A DNA stretch of 64,000 nucleotides from Psilocybe cubensis (Eukaryota), in the NCBI GenBank assembly GCA_017499595.2, contig CM039005.1, forward strand, positions 992,001-1,056,000, read 5' to 3'. Shown in pieces: positions 1-14,273 of the stretch. The position numbers and the translations under genes are program-made. Below the pieces are notes generated by a model. The model did not search any database. It was not told the DNA's origin and worked only from the letters and a program-made list of their open reading frames with translations. How positions within the stretch are numbered: the stretch's first letter is position 1; the number at the start of each line of letters is the position of its first letter.

Positions 1-16
1 TCCAGCCTACCAAACA

Positions 17-711
17 ATGATGAACATCTTCTCTCTCGCCGTCGCCTTCCTGCTCAGCCATGCCTTTGTAGCGTGCACGCCCATTAAATCCGGAACTCTC
101 GAGGTATGCCCATTGACATTATCGAAATTGCTTTAGGCATCACTAATTACCCTTACCTATAGTCCCGCAGCGCACAGACCTGTGCAGACCCCAGCCTCGC
201 CACGCTCTTCGTCTCCTCCTTCAGCCATACCCGCACCGCGCACCTCATCGAGGTTCTGACCATCACCGTAGACTACCAATCCACCATCGGCACCGCGGAC
301 GTCTACGACATCCAAAACCCGTCCTTCCTCGCCTGGGCCACCCCGCAGCCGTTCACCGTCCCCATACACCAAATCAAGCGCGGTGACGGGGAGGACTTTA
401 TATTCCTCCCGGAGGTCAACGGCACCGTGCCGAGCGTGAGCGGATGGAGCACGGAGGGTGTCACGGCGTATGCGTATGCGACGCAGGTCTGCGGGAGCGT
501 CCCACTGCTGAGTGTGTTTAACTCGGCCACGAGCGATCATTGGTGGACGACGAATGCGGCGGACCATGCGAGGCTGGTTGCGACGGGCCGTTGGGTCGAT
601 GCGGGTGTGCCGTTCTATGTGCTGCCCTTGCGTGCGTCCATTAGACCATCTATATCTTTCACTCGTTTTACTGATTTGAATTGTCGGTTAGCTTATGATA
701 ATGAACCTTGA
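17..711 (+). CDS. Small secreted protein, DUF5648-like (3 exons)
   Basis: Signal-peptide-like MMNIFSLAVAFLLSHAFVA; introns ~104-162 and ~632-691; exon 2 has ...CGSVPLLSVFNSATSDHWWTTNAADHARLV...FYVLP, resembling DUF5648 repeat proteins. Confidence 0.65.
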
Positions 712-1441
712 GCAATACGCCGATGCTAGCGGTTCATGTCTGGTCATTTGGTATGTTATCCCATTTTTTGTAGTTTGGTCATGGTATATTGGTTACCTCG
801 CACATTGTAGGGAGCTCAAGGAGTCATACGATCTCCAACGTTACTGTCTCTATTTGGCTCTAGTAGTAATTGCCTATTGGTGTCTTTGAAGCCTCGTACA
901 TACTAATACAATGATACCAACTTCCAAGTTCATGAGTATGATGAGCAGAGAACCCACACAACGAGGCACATATGTTCATATGTAAGCCGAATGTCACAAA
1001 TGCGATTCGTGTCGATGAGCTTATACTATTTGCGATGACATCTTTAGCTATCCACTTGAGTTGAAGGCCGTCACTTCGTACGGCGGTGCGAGTCCTTGAT
1101 TTTCTAACTGTGATTGCACATTTACAGAATGGAATTCAATTGTGCGACTGTAAGGTGCCACCTTACCACAGTAATAATCGGACAGACAGCAGGGTCACCA
1201 CAACGACGCTATAATGCCTACATTTGAATTGTCCAAATTTGGTTGGTTCTTGTGAATTTTTTTACAGACATGCGTTACAGTGTGTACATTATGGATGTGG
1301 GTTGTAAATGCTGATTCAACTGTTTGGTGTTACAACTAACTTGTTTTTGTTTCAACTCTTACTTTCTGCATTTCCATTGATGAGAAGGCGTGTCTTCTTC
1401 AAATAATTGTGTCCCCACTATTTCAATCTATTTCAATGAAT

Positions 1442-1503
1442 TTAAAGTCTGAGGTCGGCTAAACGATAGCGGCTCAGGACATGGTGGAGTCCCCTTCATC
1501 GTG

Positions 1504-1536
<33 letters not shown>

Positions 1537-2663
1537 AGAACATGATCAATATTCTGCGACTCGGAAATGAGAATTCCTTGTACGTACATGGACCCGTTGA
1601 CAAATTCTTTGAACGGTTCGTAGGCCGGTGTGTTTGCGAGTACTTTGAGTATCCTCTCGTGAGCGTCCAAAGTGTCTTTGACTGTGTCTTTCAAAGCGTC
1701 CAGAGGACATTTGTGGGTGACAGTTGCTCGAAGATGTATATAATTGGCTGTCTCTCCTGCAAGTTCTTCTTTATAAAACCTAATAGTACATCATATGCAC
1801 ATAAAAAGATGAGGACCGGGGGGCAGGGATGAGAGAGATAGGGCCACTGTAGCTACTCACGAGAGAATATCGTTGGTTAAACAAATGAAGAGGGCTATGT
1901 CGTCCACGGCCTGAATATACGTTGCAACTTCGACTCCGAGCTCTTTGGGGAATATCATATATGCATACGCGTGCCCCGCCCCCGTTTTGAGGCGAAGAAA
2001 GTCTGGCCAACGGCCTGCGTCTGGGGAAATGGGCATGCCACAGAGCAATTTCTCGATCAAGCACCCATTCACAGATTCTAGCCCTGAAACTGTAATTCCG
2101 TTTGCGGGTATATCGTCCCATAAACGATAGGCGTCTGCTAAGCAACGACGCAGGTCGTTCAGAACCTTGTCCTCGGCAATCATATAGCTAAAGACTCCCT
2201 GCTGAAATGTAGCCAGGCGATCCGTATGTCTTTGACAATAGTCGTCAATGTACAGAAAATACCTGGATGATTATGCGAGGTTCGAGTCATTCAGATTGGA
2301 TGGGATTGATGTAAAGTGCCATTTACCATGAATATCGAGCAATAAATACTCTAACCTCTGCTGATGTGCCACTGTAGCAAAGCTTGTACAGAGATGGATC
2401 GGTCAGATAGTCACTGGTGGCTTGCAAGATGGAAAGCTTCACACCTCTGCTATTGTGGATGCTTCAAGGCATATTTTGCGAAACAACTTTTCTTCCATGT
2501 TGAACGATGCAAATTCGGATAAAATTGTGTTGTATGTTACGTTATCTTCTCCAATCGAAGACAGTGGCGAGTATCCGATTTTCGTGATAAAGTCTGCACA
2601 GACCATTTTGATATCTGCCAAAATTTTGTCTTGGTGAAATTCCAAGCGCGGGATCGTAGTCAT
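1442..2663 (-). CDS. Sesquiterpene synthase, trichodiene-synthase-like (Cop6-type clade)
   Basis: Spliced product has YIDDYCQRH acidic motif, WPDFLRLKTG, NSE motif NDILSFYKEE and C-terminal HHVLSRYRLADLRL* (RY pair); checked splice junctions keep frame. Confidence 0.85.
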
Positions 2664-4221
2664 GTTTAATGAACTTTTGAATAGGTTGTAGTACTGGCTG
2701 ATTCGATACCGACAAAAGAGTTCGTCAAGCCAGACACCTTTTATATCATACTACCCACAAAGTTTACTATAATTAGGACGTAATTCCAGAAACGCTTTCC
2801 TGAATCTTACTAGATTGTCCTGTTTTTGTTTACCAAAACTCCACCAAGTTCAGTTTAACTTTTTTCTCCCTCTTCAACTGTCAATCATTGTCGTCGACAC
2901 ACCGTATTCAGGGTTAAAGTGATGCTATTATTTCAGAATTTTAAAGTTGCATGGGAACTTAGGTGTCGTGAAAATGCCTTGGCATCATTCCACTCCTCCC
3001 AATGTGTGATCTTTACTTCTTAAAATAAAAATAAAAAACGTCTCGATGTGGTGCATCCTAGGCATCAAATCGGGACACTTTTGTTATCTTCAATATTTGC
3101 TTTAGTATATGGCTCTAACCTAATGTCCTATGCGATATGTACTTCACACGTATGGTACTTCCTCAACGTTCGGCGCAGGTCGCGAGATTTTGGGGAAGAG
3201 TTAAACTCCTTGAATACCCATTTTTACAACTATCCAAAACGGTCAAACTCCGCCACATTTCCTCGAGTTCAACCCTTGACCTCAACATTGCTTTTGATCT
3301 CCAATTGTGCAAATTCTATATAATTACAAGCTATAATGAAAGGTTTGGTGTGGTGCTCATGTTTGTATTTTTCGACCTATTCCTCTTATACAGGCGGTGG
3401 CTAAGGACTTGTTGACCATGGGCGTGCGGCGCCGGGACACTTTTACCCGTACATACGGGGCCGTGTTGGTGAGTGTTGGTGGTATTAGGCAAGGTATGTA
3501 AAATACTAATAGGGCTGTGCAGTGGGGGCTTTGATCGTGCTGAGGGCATTCAATTTGGTGTCGGTCTGTGTGCGTGTAGTATGACGATGATGAGGTGGTG
3601 GAGGATATTGTGCAGATTTTGAACAAGTAAAACACGGGGAACCGGAATCCTGTGACCGTGTCCGAAGTGAGAATGGGAGAGGTAACGATAGAAGTGAAAG
3701 TAGCTGAGGATGATGAAGTAAGGAGGTGGCAGTGCTGGTACTGCTCTACCACTTCCCACCTCCTCTTCCGCCAGTCTGGCGCCGCCCACGCGTCGCCGCC
3801 ATACTATTTAAGCTACAGACGCGCTGGTTACGCCCTACGTCTTCACCACGCACTGAAGAACAACTAAATCGGTCCTGCCATTGTTGTGTCTGTCATCCCC
3901 CGCTTATTCGTTTAGCGCAGAAACCACCCAGTTCTCCGTTTGCTGGATGAGAATAGTACGGAATCCTCTTTTTTATCATTATCTTACGCGGACGGGAAGT
4001 AACCAAGGAATGGGATGCATTTTGCGTTTTGCGCTCCATTAAAAAGCAGGACTACTAACTTATGACATACAGGCCAACCTCAGTTCCCCCCATCCATTCG
4101 CATTGTCACAGTATCTCTGCTTCCATGTTTGACAACGAGGAGTGTTACTCGACAATCCGTCTGACCCCCGGCTGACTTATGTTACTGCCCCCTCCCTTAT
4201 GCATTGCAGCCTGCACCTCGT

Positions 4222-5694
4222 TTATGCCGGATTTGTGGGTTTGATAAACATGAACCATCCAGGAGCGGGTCTCAATGTGTCGCGTTCCGGTCCCTGCAGA
4301 CGTCCTGCCACATGCCCCGATACCATCATACAGTCAAAAAACTCGCCATTATCGATTAGCTCTACGTCGACATCGCAAAATCCAACTGGAATTTGGTCTT
4401 CGCCTATGCTCCCATATCTCACGCCATCCAGGACAAGTTGAGAGTCCCTCCCGTGTGTTGTGTTGTCGTGACCCTGTGAGGGGCTCAAAACCTTGTCGAT
4501 GTTTGTGCCCTGCCATTTTCCAGTGCTGCCCCAGACACAGAAGGCCGTTATCCACCCTGAAAGAGAGGAAGTTCCCCTCCCGCGTATTGTGTTGTCGTGA
4601 CGCTGTGAGGCGCTCAAAACCTTGTCGATGTTTGGGCCCTGCCATTTTCCAGTGCTGCCCCAGACACAGAAGGCCGTTATCCACCCTGAAAGAATGGGAG
4701 TTCCCGACCCATAATTTTTAACGTGGCAGATTCTAGCCCAGAAGTCAATATCTGGTTTGCCATCAAACGCGGACACAAATCGGCGCAAGATTGGTCTCAA
4801 AAGCGCGCCCCACGCTTCTGGTTCGCGCCCAAAAGATGCCAACTTGTCCAGACGATTCAATAGCTTTTTCCAATCTTTTTTTGTCCCTTCGAGAGTGACT
4901 GAAGGTATACCACAAGTTAGTTCCATGACGTACGAAAAGTATCTTCAAACATCTTCAATTCTCTGATCAAGGACCCATAAAATGTTGCAAACTCACTGTT
5001 TCAAAGTAGACATCATAAGGACTGCACACACCACCACATCGTTAAATGATGTTGTGGAAAAATCTGGAAGTATCCATTCTTTTAAAGTTTTGTCGACGAC
5101 CTGCAATTGATAATCATGAATATTTCGTTCATTTATGAAGTGTGTCTCATCACAAACGTTTTCATGGATTTTTTCAGTCATCTGATTTGCAAGACTGCCA
5201 AAATTGACAGTATATCGAGTGCCTCCCGCTCTAACGGTGAGTTTCTTCTTTCCTTTGTGCGCGACGAAGTGTGAGCGCAATTGCTCTGCATTAGCGTTGA
5301 CGCTAGCCAAGGTGTCAGCACCGCAACGTGTGCTCAAATTTTACACTCACTAGAAGTTAAACTGTCCTAGAATTGCAATCCACACATCATCCGGCCTACC
5401 AGCACCAATTGGATCAGTGTCAAAGTTAAATAGCATCGCTATGGCGTACCTAAGCACAAGGTGGTGATGCTGATTGTAGGCGTGTATAATGGTGTCTACA
5501 AATCCGTTTCCTTGCGGTCCGAGGTTACCAAAATCAGAAGAGAAAGAGCTTTGCAATAGCTCTTCGAAGCGGTTTTCATCAGATTGTTCCCCCCAGGACG
5601 AAGTCAGGACGTCACTTGCGTCCTTACAGTAGCCGTATGTCGCAGTCTTGATAGGCCTTGCGTCATGATTTGCAACCTTGAAAGTTACTGGCAT
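4222..5694 (-). CDS. DUF4419 domain protein (multi-exon)
   Basis: MPVTFKVA start, AYNQHHHLVLRPDDVWIAIL, WILPDFSTT, CGIPSVTLEG, SGWITAF motifs typical of DUF4419. Confidence 0.8.
4446..4693. repeat. In-frame 129-bp tandem duplication in the DUF4419 gene
   Basis: 4446-4564 and 4575-4693 nearly identical; LSGWITAFCVWGSTGKWQG.NIDKVLS.SQ.HDNT encoded twice. Confidence 0.95.
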
Positions 5695-7364
5695 GGTCAA
5701 AGGTGTGTGGTTGGAGTGTCCTATGTGACTTCCCAAGCACTCATTAAATAGTTGTCCAAAGAAGAGGCAGTGCTTTTTGTGAAAAAGTTGATGAACAATC
5801 AAAAACAACCTTGTGACCTTGGACATGGAACTTTAGTCGTTAATTTTATTTCAAGACCGTGATGAGCGGTAGTCTTGTAAGATTAGACTGTCATACGCAG
5901 ATATTCATCTGTTTGTAGTAAATTTTCTTCCGTTTTTCATTACTTTGTTGCACCACCCCACTGACTCCCATTTTCGTAAAGCATGGTTGATTGAAACTAC
6001 TACCCGTACAGATCCGTACACACCCTCTCGAAAGCCTTCCAAATTTGTTCACGGATATGAAAATTTCTGATTTTTATCTCGTTGACAGATTCCTTAACTA
6101 CGAGAGAGTTTGCATCTAATATTGAACATCAGGCGCCCATGCAGTTCTCATATAATAACTTCGTGGATGTTGATCAAGAACCAGTGGTGCTGCGATATGA
6201 TTAAGATGGAACGAAAAAAGAATTGGGATTCTCCAGATCCGAAAGCCACCGAGTTGAACCTTCTTGCCCTGATTACTAGTATTGAACTTTGGCTCAACGC
6301 ACACGTCCACATTCACGCCACAATTCAAATAAATCATGACAAAATATCATCGGAGCTGTTCTTCGCGACGGGAAAGCTTCTGAATGCGGTTGGAAACTCG
6401 TAGTGGACTGTGCTCGCAGCGACTTCTACGGAGAACACAGTGCCGTCCATCAGCGCTTGACCAGTGTGTCGATCACTGAATGGCTGCCGTGTCTGCGCCG
6501 AACAGACTCGCTGTTTCGCCTCAACTCGTAAGAAACGCTACGCAAATTTGGTAATCCGATAATGATACAAGGGCTCTACCGGTGTTCTACCATCAGCTGT
6601 AAGCGGGCTTGGGTTTGGAGGGGTAAATTTTGATGTTCCCATTTCGGGCGCCAATTAGATTTACGTTACGCTTTATCGACATTACGTGCGAAACGAGAGC
6701 ACAAGGTATCTGTCGACTTCGTACAATAAGAACCGACTGCATTCTGGGGGTACTAGAGCATGGGTACATGAAGAACGTTTCGATAAATATGACGCCGCCG
6801 ATTGACGATAGATTGTCCACAAGCATCCAATCCATTGGCCGCTAGTTTGATGTATATATATTGACATGAACAGGCAACAATGAATTGAAGATTGAATGAA
6901 AAAACATCAACACAAAAAAACATCTCTGTTCTATACAACTACCAATAATGATAGGCATGACGCAACGTTGACAAGAATGTAAATAACCCCTGATAGTAAT
7001 TCCTGTACCTAATTTGTCAAATGTACAATGCAGCATCAATGCGACGATGAAAATGAAATATCACAAATGAAAACCAAAGCAAGCAGGAAGCAAGAAAAGA
7101 AAGCATAGAAAGCATACATCATAACGATAGAATCGGCCAAGATAACCAAAGAGAAGAAAAACAGAATGAAAAAACACAAGGTAGTACAACTTTCCTCTAT
7201 CCGAGTATAATAGTTGTTCGAGCTCCATCTAGAGTTCGAGATGTATGCCTCAAGTATCACATACATATGGACTGTCCGGACTGTGAACAGCGCCTTGGCA
7301 TATGTGTAGCGACCCCGATTGGTGTGTCCCTGTCAATCATGTTGTCCGACAGCTTTGGGGACAA

Positions 7365-9685
7365 TTATCCTTGCCGCGCCCGTTTAACCATACCACCCTC
7401 TTCGATCTCCAAGGACCCGAGTACAGATCGTCCAGAGCCAGTGGTCGCGGATTTAATGCTAGGATTATTGGTCGATGAAGTAGTCGGAACTTGATGGAGA
7501 CCCATTCCAGGTCTTGCCCCGCGGTAATTAGACGATCTGAACGAGTTTAAAGGTCAGCACAAAGGTCGCAAAAGCATTGGAAAATCATATAACATACGAT
7601 GTAGCTTCAATAGGCCTCTTCACTCCAATTCCGCTTGCAAAATTTGCTGTGGACGTGATTGGGTTGACGCCGCCCGGGAAATTGAATCCCCCAATTGCAG
7701 GTGTCGGTGCGCGAGGAGGCGGCTGTTGACCAGTGGCCGCACTCCCATTTTGTTGCTGTTGCTGCTGCCTTTGGTTCATATATCGTTGATGGTTTTGTTG
7801 AGAAATAGACGTGGCCTTGGATTGTAACTGTGCAGGTACCCCAGGTGGGGGCATCTGCGCAGCAGAGGACGATGAATTATTGCCAGAACTGGAAGCCGAG
7901 CCTGTGCTGTTTCCATAAGTAGAACTCGAACGCATTTGTTGTTGCTGTGGATTAAGTTTCGACGATAACATTCCAGCCGCCAACCCCTGGCCAGGCGCTG
8001 TCGACGTCGCTGTGGTTGTTGTGTTCGAAGTGGAGGCCGCTGGGACCATTGCCGGTTGATCTCCCGCAGAGGTTTTCCCCTCACGTAGCGCAGCTTCAAT
8101 GAGTTCTTGTCGAGACTTATTCGAGTTCGAACCTGAAGTTGACGCGTGTTTTGAGCTAATCAATCTGGCGCCCGAGATAGTCTGATCTGGAACACCCGCT
8201 GCCCTGGCAGCTGGGTGAACCGTAAACACAGCGCTATCGTCCGCCTCCTGGATACCCTGCAAGAGGCCTTCCTCGTGGTCTATTGGACGACCCATTTCTA
8301 CGTCATGCTGGATAGGTCTACCCATGTCGGCGTCATTTGCACCAATTGCAGGACCAAGATCGGCCATTGCGAAGAGCGCATCGTCTTCAGAGCCAAAACC
8401 GAAAGAATCATCATCATCTATGTCTGGTTCTTGCTTAACAGCTGATTGAGCGCCTGGGGGTTTAACTATTTGTGCGGGAGCAGGACCGCCATCCACTTTG
8501 TTTGTTTCAGAAAAAGAAACTCTTCGTTCACTGTGTTGTATTTGTTGTTGCTGCGCGTTATAGCACTGGTCGGGTGTATTGATGGCAGCGGTAATGGCAT
8601 TTAATCGTTCTTGGGCACTGGCGCGTGCCTTCCCTTTGTGGTCATTAGCCTGGTTCATGGATGTATTTGAAGTGGTTGCGGAGCCTGAGGCGATTGAAGC
8701 ATTGCTAATCCCTGGGCGCATATGAACGGGAATAGATGTGAGAGGTTTCGTTGCGTTTTGTTGGTATGGTGGTCTTGTGGGCGTAACGACAGCCTGATTT
8801 TGGAATGACATGTTCCCAGTGGTGTTCGAGGGACCAGCAGATGTGGAAGGGCCAGTAGATGAAATAGATACGTTGGGCTTCACTTCATCGCACTCTGGCC
8901 GTCTGTGTAGCACATCCTTGTTGAACTTGACCTGTATTCCAAAGAAGAATCAGATATGCTTAAAATTCCTTAACGAGATGACATACTGGTTCAACTTTCA
9001 TCTTGATTACTTCCGCAGTGTATGACTTGTCGTACAGGCAATTGCCCATTACATTGCCAAAGTTTCTCAATGCACGTTTGAGTCCATCCGTAACAGCTTC
9101 TTTCTTGCACTGAGAAATGACCATTTAAACTGTGTAGCATTCCTGCGAGTAGCAATGAAATACCTTATCTAAAGCAGCACCCTTGCTTTTCGAATTTTCC
9201 AACATCCCGTACCCAGTATCTTCGTGGAATACACCGTCCCTCAATGTGACTCGTACGATCGCAGTTACCCCCACTGAATACCTCCTACTTTCCTCGCTAT
9301 AGTCGGTAAAGTCGGTAGTCAAGCTGACAACACTTGAGCTCCACCCGTTGAAACCAAAGACTTCATTTGCCAGGTTGATGATTTTCCAACCCTCTACATA
9401 TGTCAACCTCGGCCCTCCTCCAGGCCCGGGACGCTGAGAAATATATTCTGGCCCAAGCTTGCGATCCAATTTGGCCTGCAGAATAGCGATTTTCTTAGCG
9501 GTTTCCTCCGAGATCGAGTCATTGGCAAAAGATTGCGAATTGAAGAGCGAAAACGATTGTTGTGCGTATGGAGTGCCATGCATCATGGGGTTGAAGGACA
9601 TCGGCCCATGGCTGACTATGGATGAGTTAAATGGGCTATCGGGATAGTGGGAGTTTATGAGATGGTTGCTCAGAGAGCCAGACAT
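7365..9685 (-). CDS. RAD52: DNA repair/recombination protein Rad52
   Basis: LDRKLGPEYISQRPGPGGG..LTYVEGWKIINLANEVFGFNGWSS, FHEDTGYG, KKEAVTDGLKRALRNFGN; long low-complexity C-terminus. Confidence 0.95.
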
Positions 9686-10976
9686 GGAAGGTATTCCTTC
9701 GGAGGAGCTGGGTTGTGTATGTCGCCGCTGTGCAGAGCTAATTGATAGTAAACAAAACAGAGTCATTAGAGTCGGTATCGGATATCATAAAGAGGTGCTG
9801 ATATTTGCTATACCTTTAGAATGATTGAGTCTATGCAGATAGATTACAAAGAGATAGTGGTAGTAGTAAGAGGAAGGAACCAGATGCAGTTATGACGGCA
9901 CGCGCTTGGTCTGATCTGACACGTGACCGCATTGTTAATGTTGGAGTTCCAATTCTGTTCTCGATCACTATTGGCAGGATAGATCGTCGCGACCAAATCA
10001 ACTCCTTCACCTATGTTGCACTTATTCTAGCAGGAACTTGAAAACCAAATTCTCGATTTTAAACCTGACACAGGGCTGTTCTCAATCAGACTCACTCGCA
10101 TGGGTACTTGGAGCAAACAGTCAACGTTTGCCATCTTTTAGGACCCTTGGCCATTTTCATCTGAACGGCGACCAGTCCAACGAGCCTCCAGCACAGCAGG
10201 TAATTGTCGTTCCTTTCCCGGCGCTTTCCCATGCCATGTTAAATAGCGTCGAACTTACTCTCAAGGATGTCCCCGAATATCGGGGCGACCTGATATACAA
10301 TAATGATCGTCCCACCTAGGATTTACCCATTCACCTCCTCGAACTTAATTTCACGTATCCTTCCAGATTGATGTATTGATATTCACGAATGACACATTGC
10401 TCCCCTCATCTCCCTTTGTCAATATCGGTCTACCACTATCAACAATCTTCCCGTGGACCGTACACTATTGCTACAGGATATTATCTTCAGGCTTCTGAGC
10501 TAAGGAATTTAAGTTCATGTCTCCATTCATCCATGAAACCAATAGTGACGACAGCATATGGACACGCGACAACCTTTTCGATACAGCTGATGACCAATAG
10601 CAAATGTTACATATGCTGTTTTGCCCGTGGTATATCAATTCGACTACTTCTCAGGTCATGGGCAAGTTGGTCCACTGGCAGTGACACGCACTACTAATTG
10701 CCCGATTACGCCTTCACCATGACACGATCCTCCGGTTTGGATAAAGGATAATATAGTTGATTAATATGTAGCAAAACAGTCAAACACGCCGTGGCAGAGG
10801 TAGAAATAACCTTTAAATATTTTATTTGCGTTTACTGTTTTTTACACCCTTTTTAGAACTCGACCTGAAAAGCCCCTATAATGACGCGCTGTTGTCACTT
10901 GTTTGTTTAATTGTCACGCCAAGGGCAAGCAAGTATTCGACGCGTCCGCGCAAGCTTGACCCTCACTACTACTATC

Positions 10977-11499
10977 ATGTTCTCCGGAGACCAAGAAGGC
11001 CCCAAAGAGCTCTCGACACGTGTAAACTCTGCACGTCTCCCACAATTTACCGGACAATCAGTCCGTTTAGCCTGCAAAGTCCTCACAGTGAGTGGATTGA
11101 CGCGCCTATCATCGTAAATTTTTATCCCATTGACAATCATCGACGAATATTCCAGCTTGATGCCGACCGCATGATAGTCGAAGCTAGTGACGGAGGGCAG
11201 GTTAATGTGGTGCAGATTCCACCCGTGCGTAGTACTCCGCCTTTTGTGTGACAGGCCTCGGATTGACGATGATTCTAGAACACAAACATCTCAGATCCAT
11301 ATGTCGAGGTTATTGGAAAGGCCTCCAATGCTACAACGATACAGATGTACGCGTGTGTAAATCTAGGGCAGGATTTGGGTACGTTGCATATCATTTCTTC
11401 TTGTTGCATGTTCTGAGTATGAGAACAGATATGAAACTTGTCAATGATACGATTGAACTGATACACGATCATCGCTTCTATCAAAAAATGTTCTGTTAA
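10977..11499 (+). CDS. RFA3: Replication protein A subunit 3 (RPA14), 4 exons
   Basis: RVNSARLPQFTGQSVRLACKV / IVEASDGGQV / YVEVIGK / DMKLVNDTIELIH; small OB-fold size. Confidence 0.85.
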
Positions 11500-11759
11500 T
11501 TCGCTTTCTTTCTCTCTGTCACTCATTCTTTGTATCATGTTTTGGTGTCGCTCAATTTCTGTTCCCAATCTAATGTATCATACCCTTTTGATCTTTCAAT
11601 CGAGTCATCGGAGCGGGTGCCTGTGACATCCAAAGCAAGGTCCACGACACATCCTTCTGTAAGTGCGCATATACAGTGCTAATGACAAGCTTTATGCGAT
11701 GCAGCATGGACTCGAAGTTCGCTTAACAGTTTTTTAATCCTAGAGTACAGTCAAAAGAT

Positions 11760-14273
11760 TCAAGTTGATGGCCCAGCACCTGCACGAGCCATTTTCTTGT
11801 CATGGCCTCGTTTTCTGTTATGGTTGGCACGGCTGGCTTTGTTTTTATCCTTCCAGGCACGTTCCTTCGCACTGCTTTCTCCTCCAGCGCCCGACCTACC
11901 TCCTCTTCCACCACCTCCTCGACCACGACCACGACCGCGAGGTCCTCCACGACCTCTTCCACCGTCGGATCCTCCGGGTCGAACATCAAGACCCTTTTCA
12001 TTTCCTCTGAAAGCATATTTCTCTGCCAATTTATCTTTGCGACCAGGCTGATAGATGGGAAAGTCACCGATGAGTGAGAATAATACGGCATCCAGAAAGA
12101 AAACCCTACATTTCGGTCGAGCATAACCTTCCACCCTTCGATCTGTTCGTCTGCCCAGCCTAATTTGAACGGATCAGATATGATGTGAATTCCTATTCAG
12201 AAAACTATTGCTTACCTGTTTGAGTTTTCAAATCCATCCTGGCCTTGCTCCTCCTCGTTGCAGCATCTCGCTCAAAGACTTTAGGATCCCGCAAATATGC
12301 CTGTTCGATGATAGATTCAGGTGTTTGTTCCTCTTCTTGCTCATCATCTTCAGCTTCACTGTTATCGCTATCTTCACCATCGCCTGCGACACGAAGACCA
12401 ATGACATCTTCCTCGTCTTCATCTGGTCCAAGGTCAATGGCCCCAGAGCTGTCGATCGCTTTGCCCTTGCCCTTACTGTTTGCAGCTACTGGTAAAGGCT
12501 TGCCGAAAGAATCCAAACCTTCCTCCTCTTCATCATCGGATATGGCTTCTGCCCTTCGAAGAATATCGGCTTTCATGTCTTCAATGAAAGTGCGGTCACG
12601 AAGAATCTCATCCCTACCGCGATTATCAGTACGTCAAAATGTTTGCAAAAAGAAAAGTTTGTTTACCCTGCAGATTTCTTGCCAAATCTCAGCTGTGTTA
12701 GATCTAACACATCATCGTCAAATACATTCCGCCTCTGTTCGACCTTGTATGTATCATCCCGAACGGGTTCTGAATGTCCATTCCCAGCACCATAATCTAG
12801 GTCTGCAGCAGCCTGGAGATCTTCTTCCAGTTGCTCGCGTGACATCGCTGTCCCTTCTAATAATGCTTCTATGACTTTTTCAGGATTGCGGCCATATCTA
12901 TCATGGGCGAGAAGAAGCTTGACGTAGTCAACTGGCGTATCAGGAAGAATGTCCAGAACTTGAGTGGCCTTAATATCGAGATCGGGGTCTGATAGAGGAG
13001 CCGCTGCACGCGACTTGCCTTTCGCCTTGCTTGTACCATGGTCCAACACGATCGGATGACGGATTGGCTCTGTGACTTGTTGGCGTGTGGTAGCATTCCT
13101 AGTTCCTAGGTTGTCTATCCCTGGTTGGATACCAGACGAGCGGAGGAGAATCTTGAGAGCGCCTGCATTCTTACGTCCTTTCTGTCCATTTACGCCGGAA
13201 GCAGATTCGTGATCATACGACCGCAGGGTGCTTTCGAGAAGGTCCAGTCTTGCATCTTTTTCTTGGGCGTGTTTGAGCGCTGCTGCAAGTGTGTTGGACA
13301 GAGAGTAGGCTTGCTGGTAATCTGCGAGCAAAGATTGGTCGAGGAAAGGAGTGGGAGTATCGGATGCCGTCGATGATGATGACGAAGGAGCATCAAGTAG
13401 GGCAAAAATTAGGTCGAATGTGCGCTCTGCTTCAAATGCTAGTCGAGGTCCGGGAGCGCAGGATGCCAAGTCGTCCAAAAGAGTAGTGAGAATGACGTGG
13501 AAAGAGTCCAGAAGTGCCACTTTGGTTTCCACCCATATTCTCTCCCAATCATCTGCGTCTCTGCCCTGAGCTGCAATTCCGGCTGTAAGTGCAGAAATCC
13601 CTCCATATGATGCGGCAATCGTGGTCATACCGATGTCATAAGTCGTAGCTAGCGCAAGGAGGAGTGGTTTGCTATGTGCGAACGGACGAATTAACTCTGG
13701 GGTTCCTTTTGCTCCACGCAGGAATCCAAACATGCATTCTGCGATTTTCCGCTGCGCATATAGACCTTGTGAGGTAGACGTTTGTTGTGATAGCAGGGAT
13801 GCAAACCCTGGAACGAGATCGTCGGTGATAATCTGAGCAAGGGATGGTTCTGATTCGAAAGCAGATTTGAACACGAGTCGAAGGCGAGAGGGTTGAGAGC
13901 GACAGTAGATAACTGACAGATCTAGAAGACATCTGACGTCTAGTCCTGGTGTTGTTGATGCTAGCTTCTCCGCAAGAACAAGCACTTTCTTCTGGATAAA
14001 TTTCTCAGTAGCGCTCCCTTGAATTTGATGGCTCGTATCCGTGGAGTCTTGGATCCATATTAAGTTCTGCAAATTTTGGAAGGCAGTATCGCTGGCGTAT
14101 GTTGCTAAGAAATTCCTGGAAGATGGGGTATCCCTTTTGTTGGCAGGTAACTCAAGAACACTGTTGAGCGTTGACGCGATGGTTTGGTACAAAGTTGCCA
14201 ACTGAGATGGGGAAAGCCCTTTTCGTGATTGCGTAGACGGGTAATTTGGTAGTCGCAGAACATCGTTGGTCAT
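11760..14273 (-). CDS. CUE3: CUE-domain protein ASCC2/Cue3 (RQT complex subunit)
   Basis: CUE domain (QVLDILPD..YVKLLL..NPEKVIEALLEG), RRNVFD, acidic tract, RGG box and C-terminal KNKASRANHNRKRGHDKKM. Confidence 0.8.

Noticed and set aside
3048-3950. Several overlapping short ORFs
   Set aside because: No recognisable domain or consistent exon structure
10038-10700. Short ORFs between RAD52 and RFA3
   Set aside because: No motif support; at most a relic
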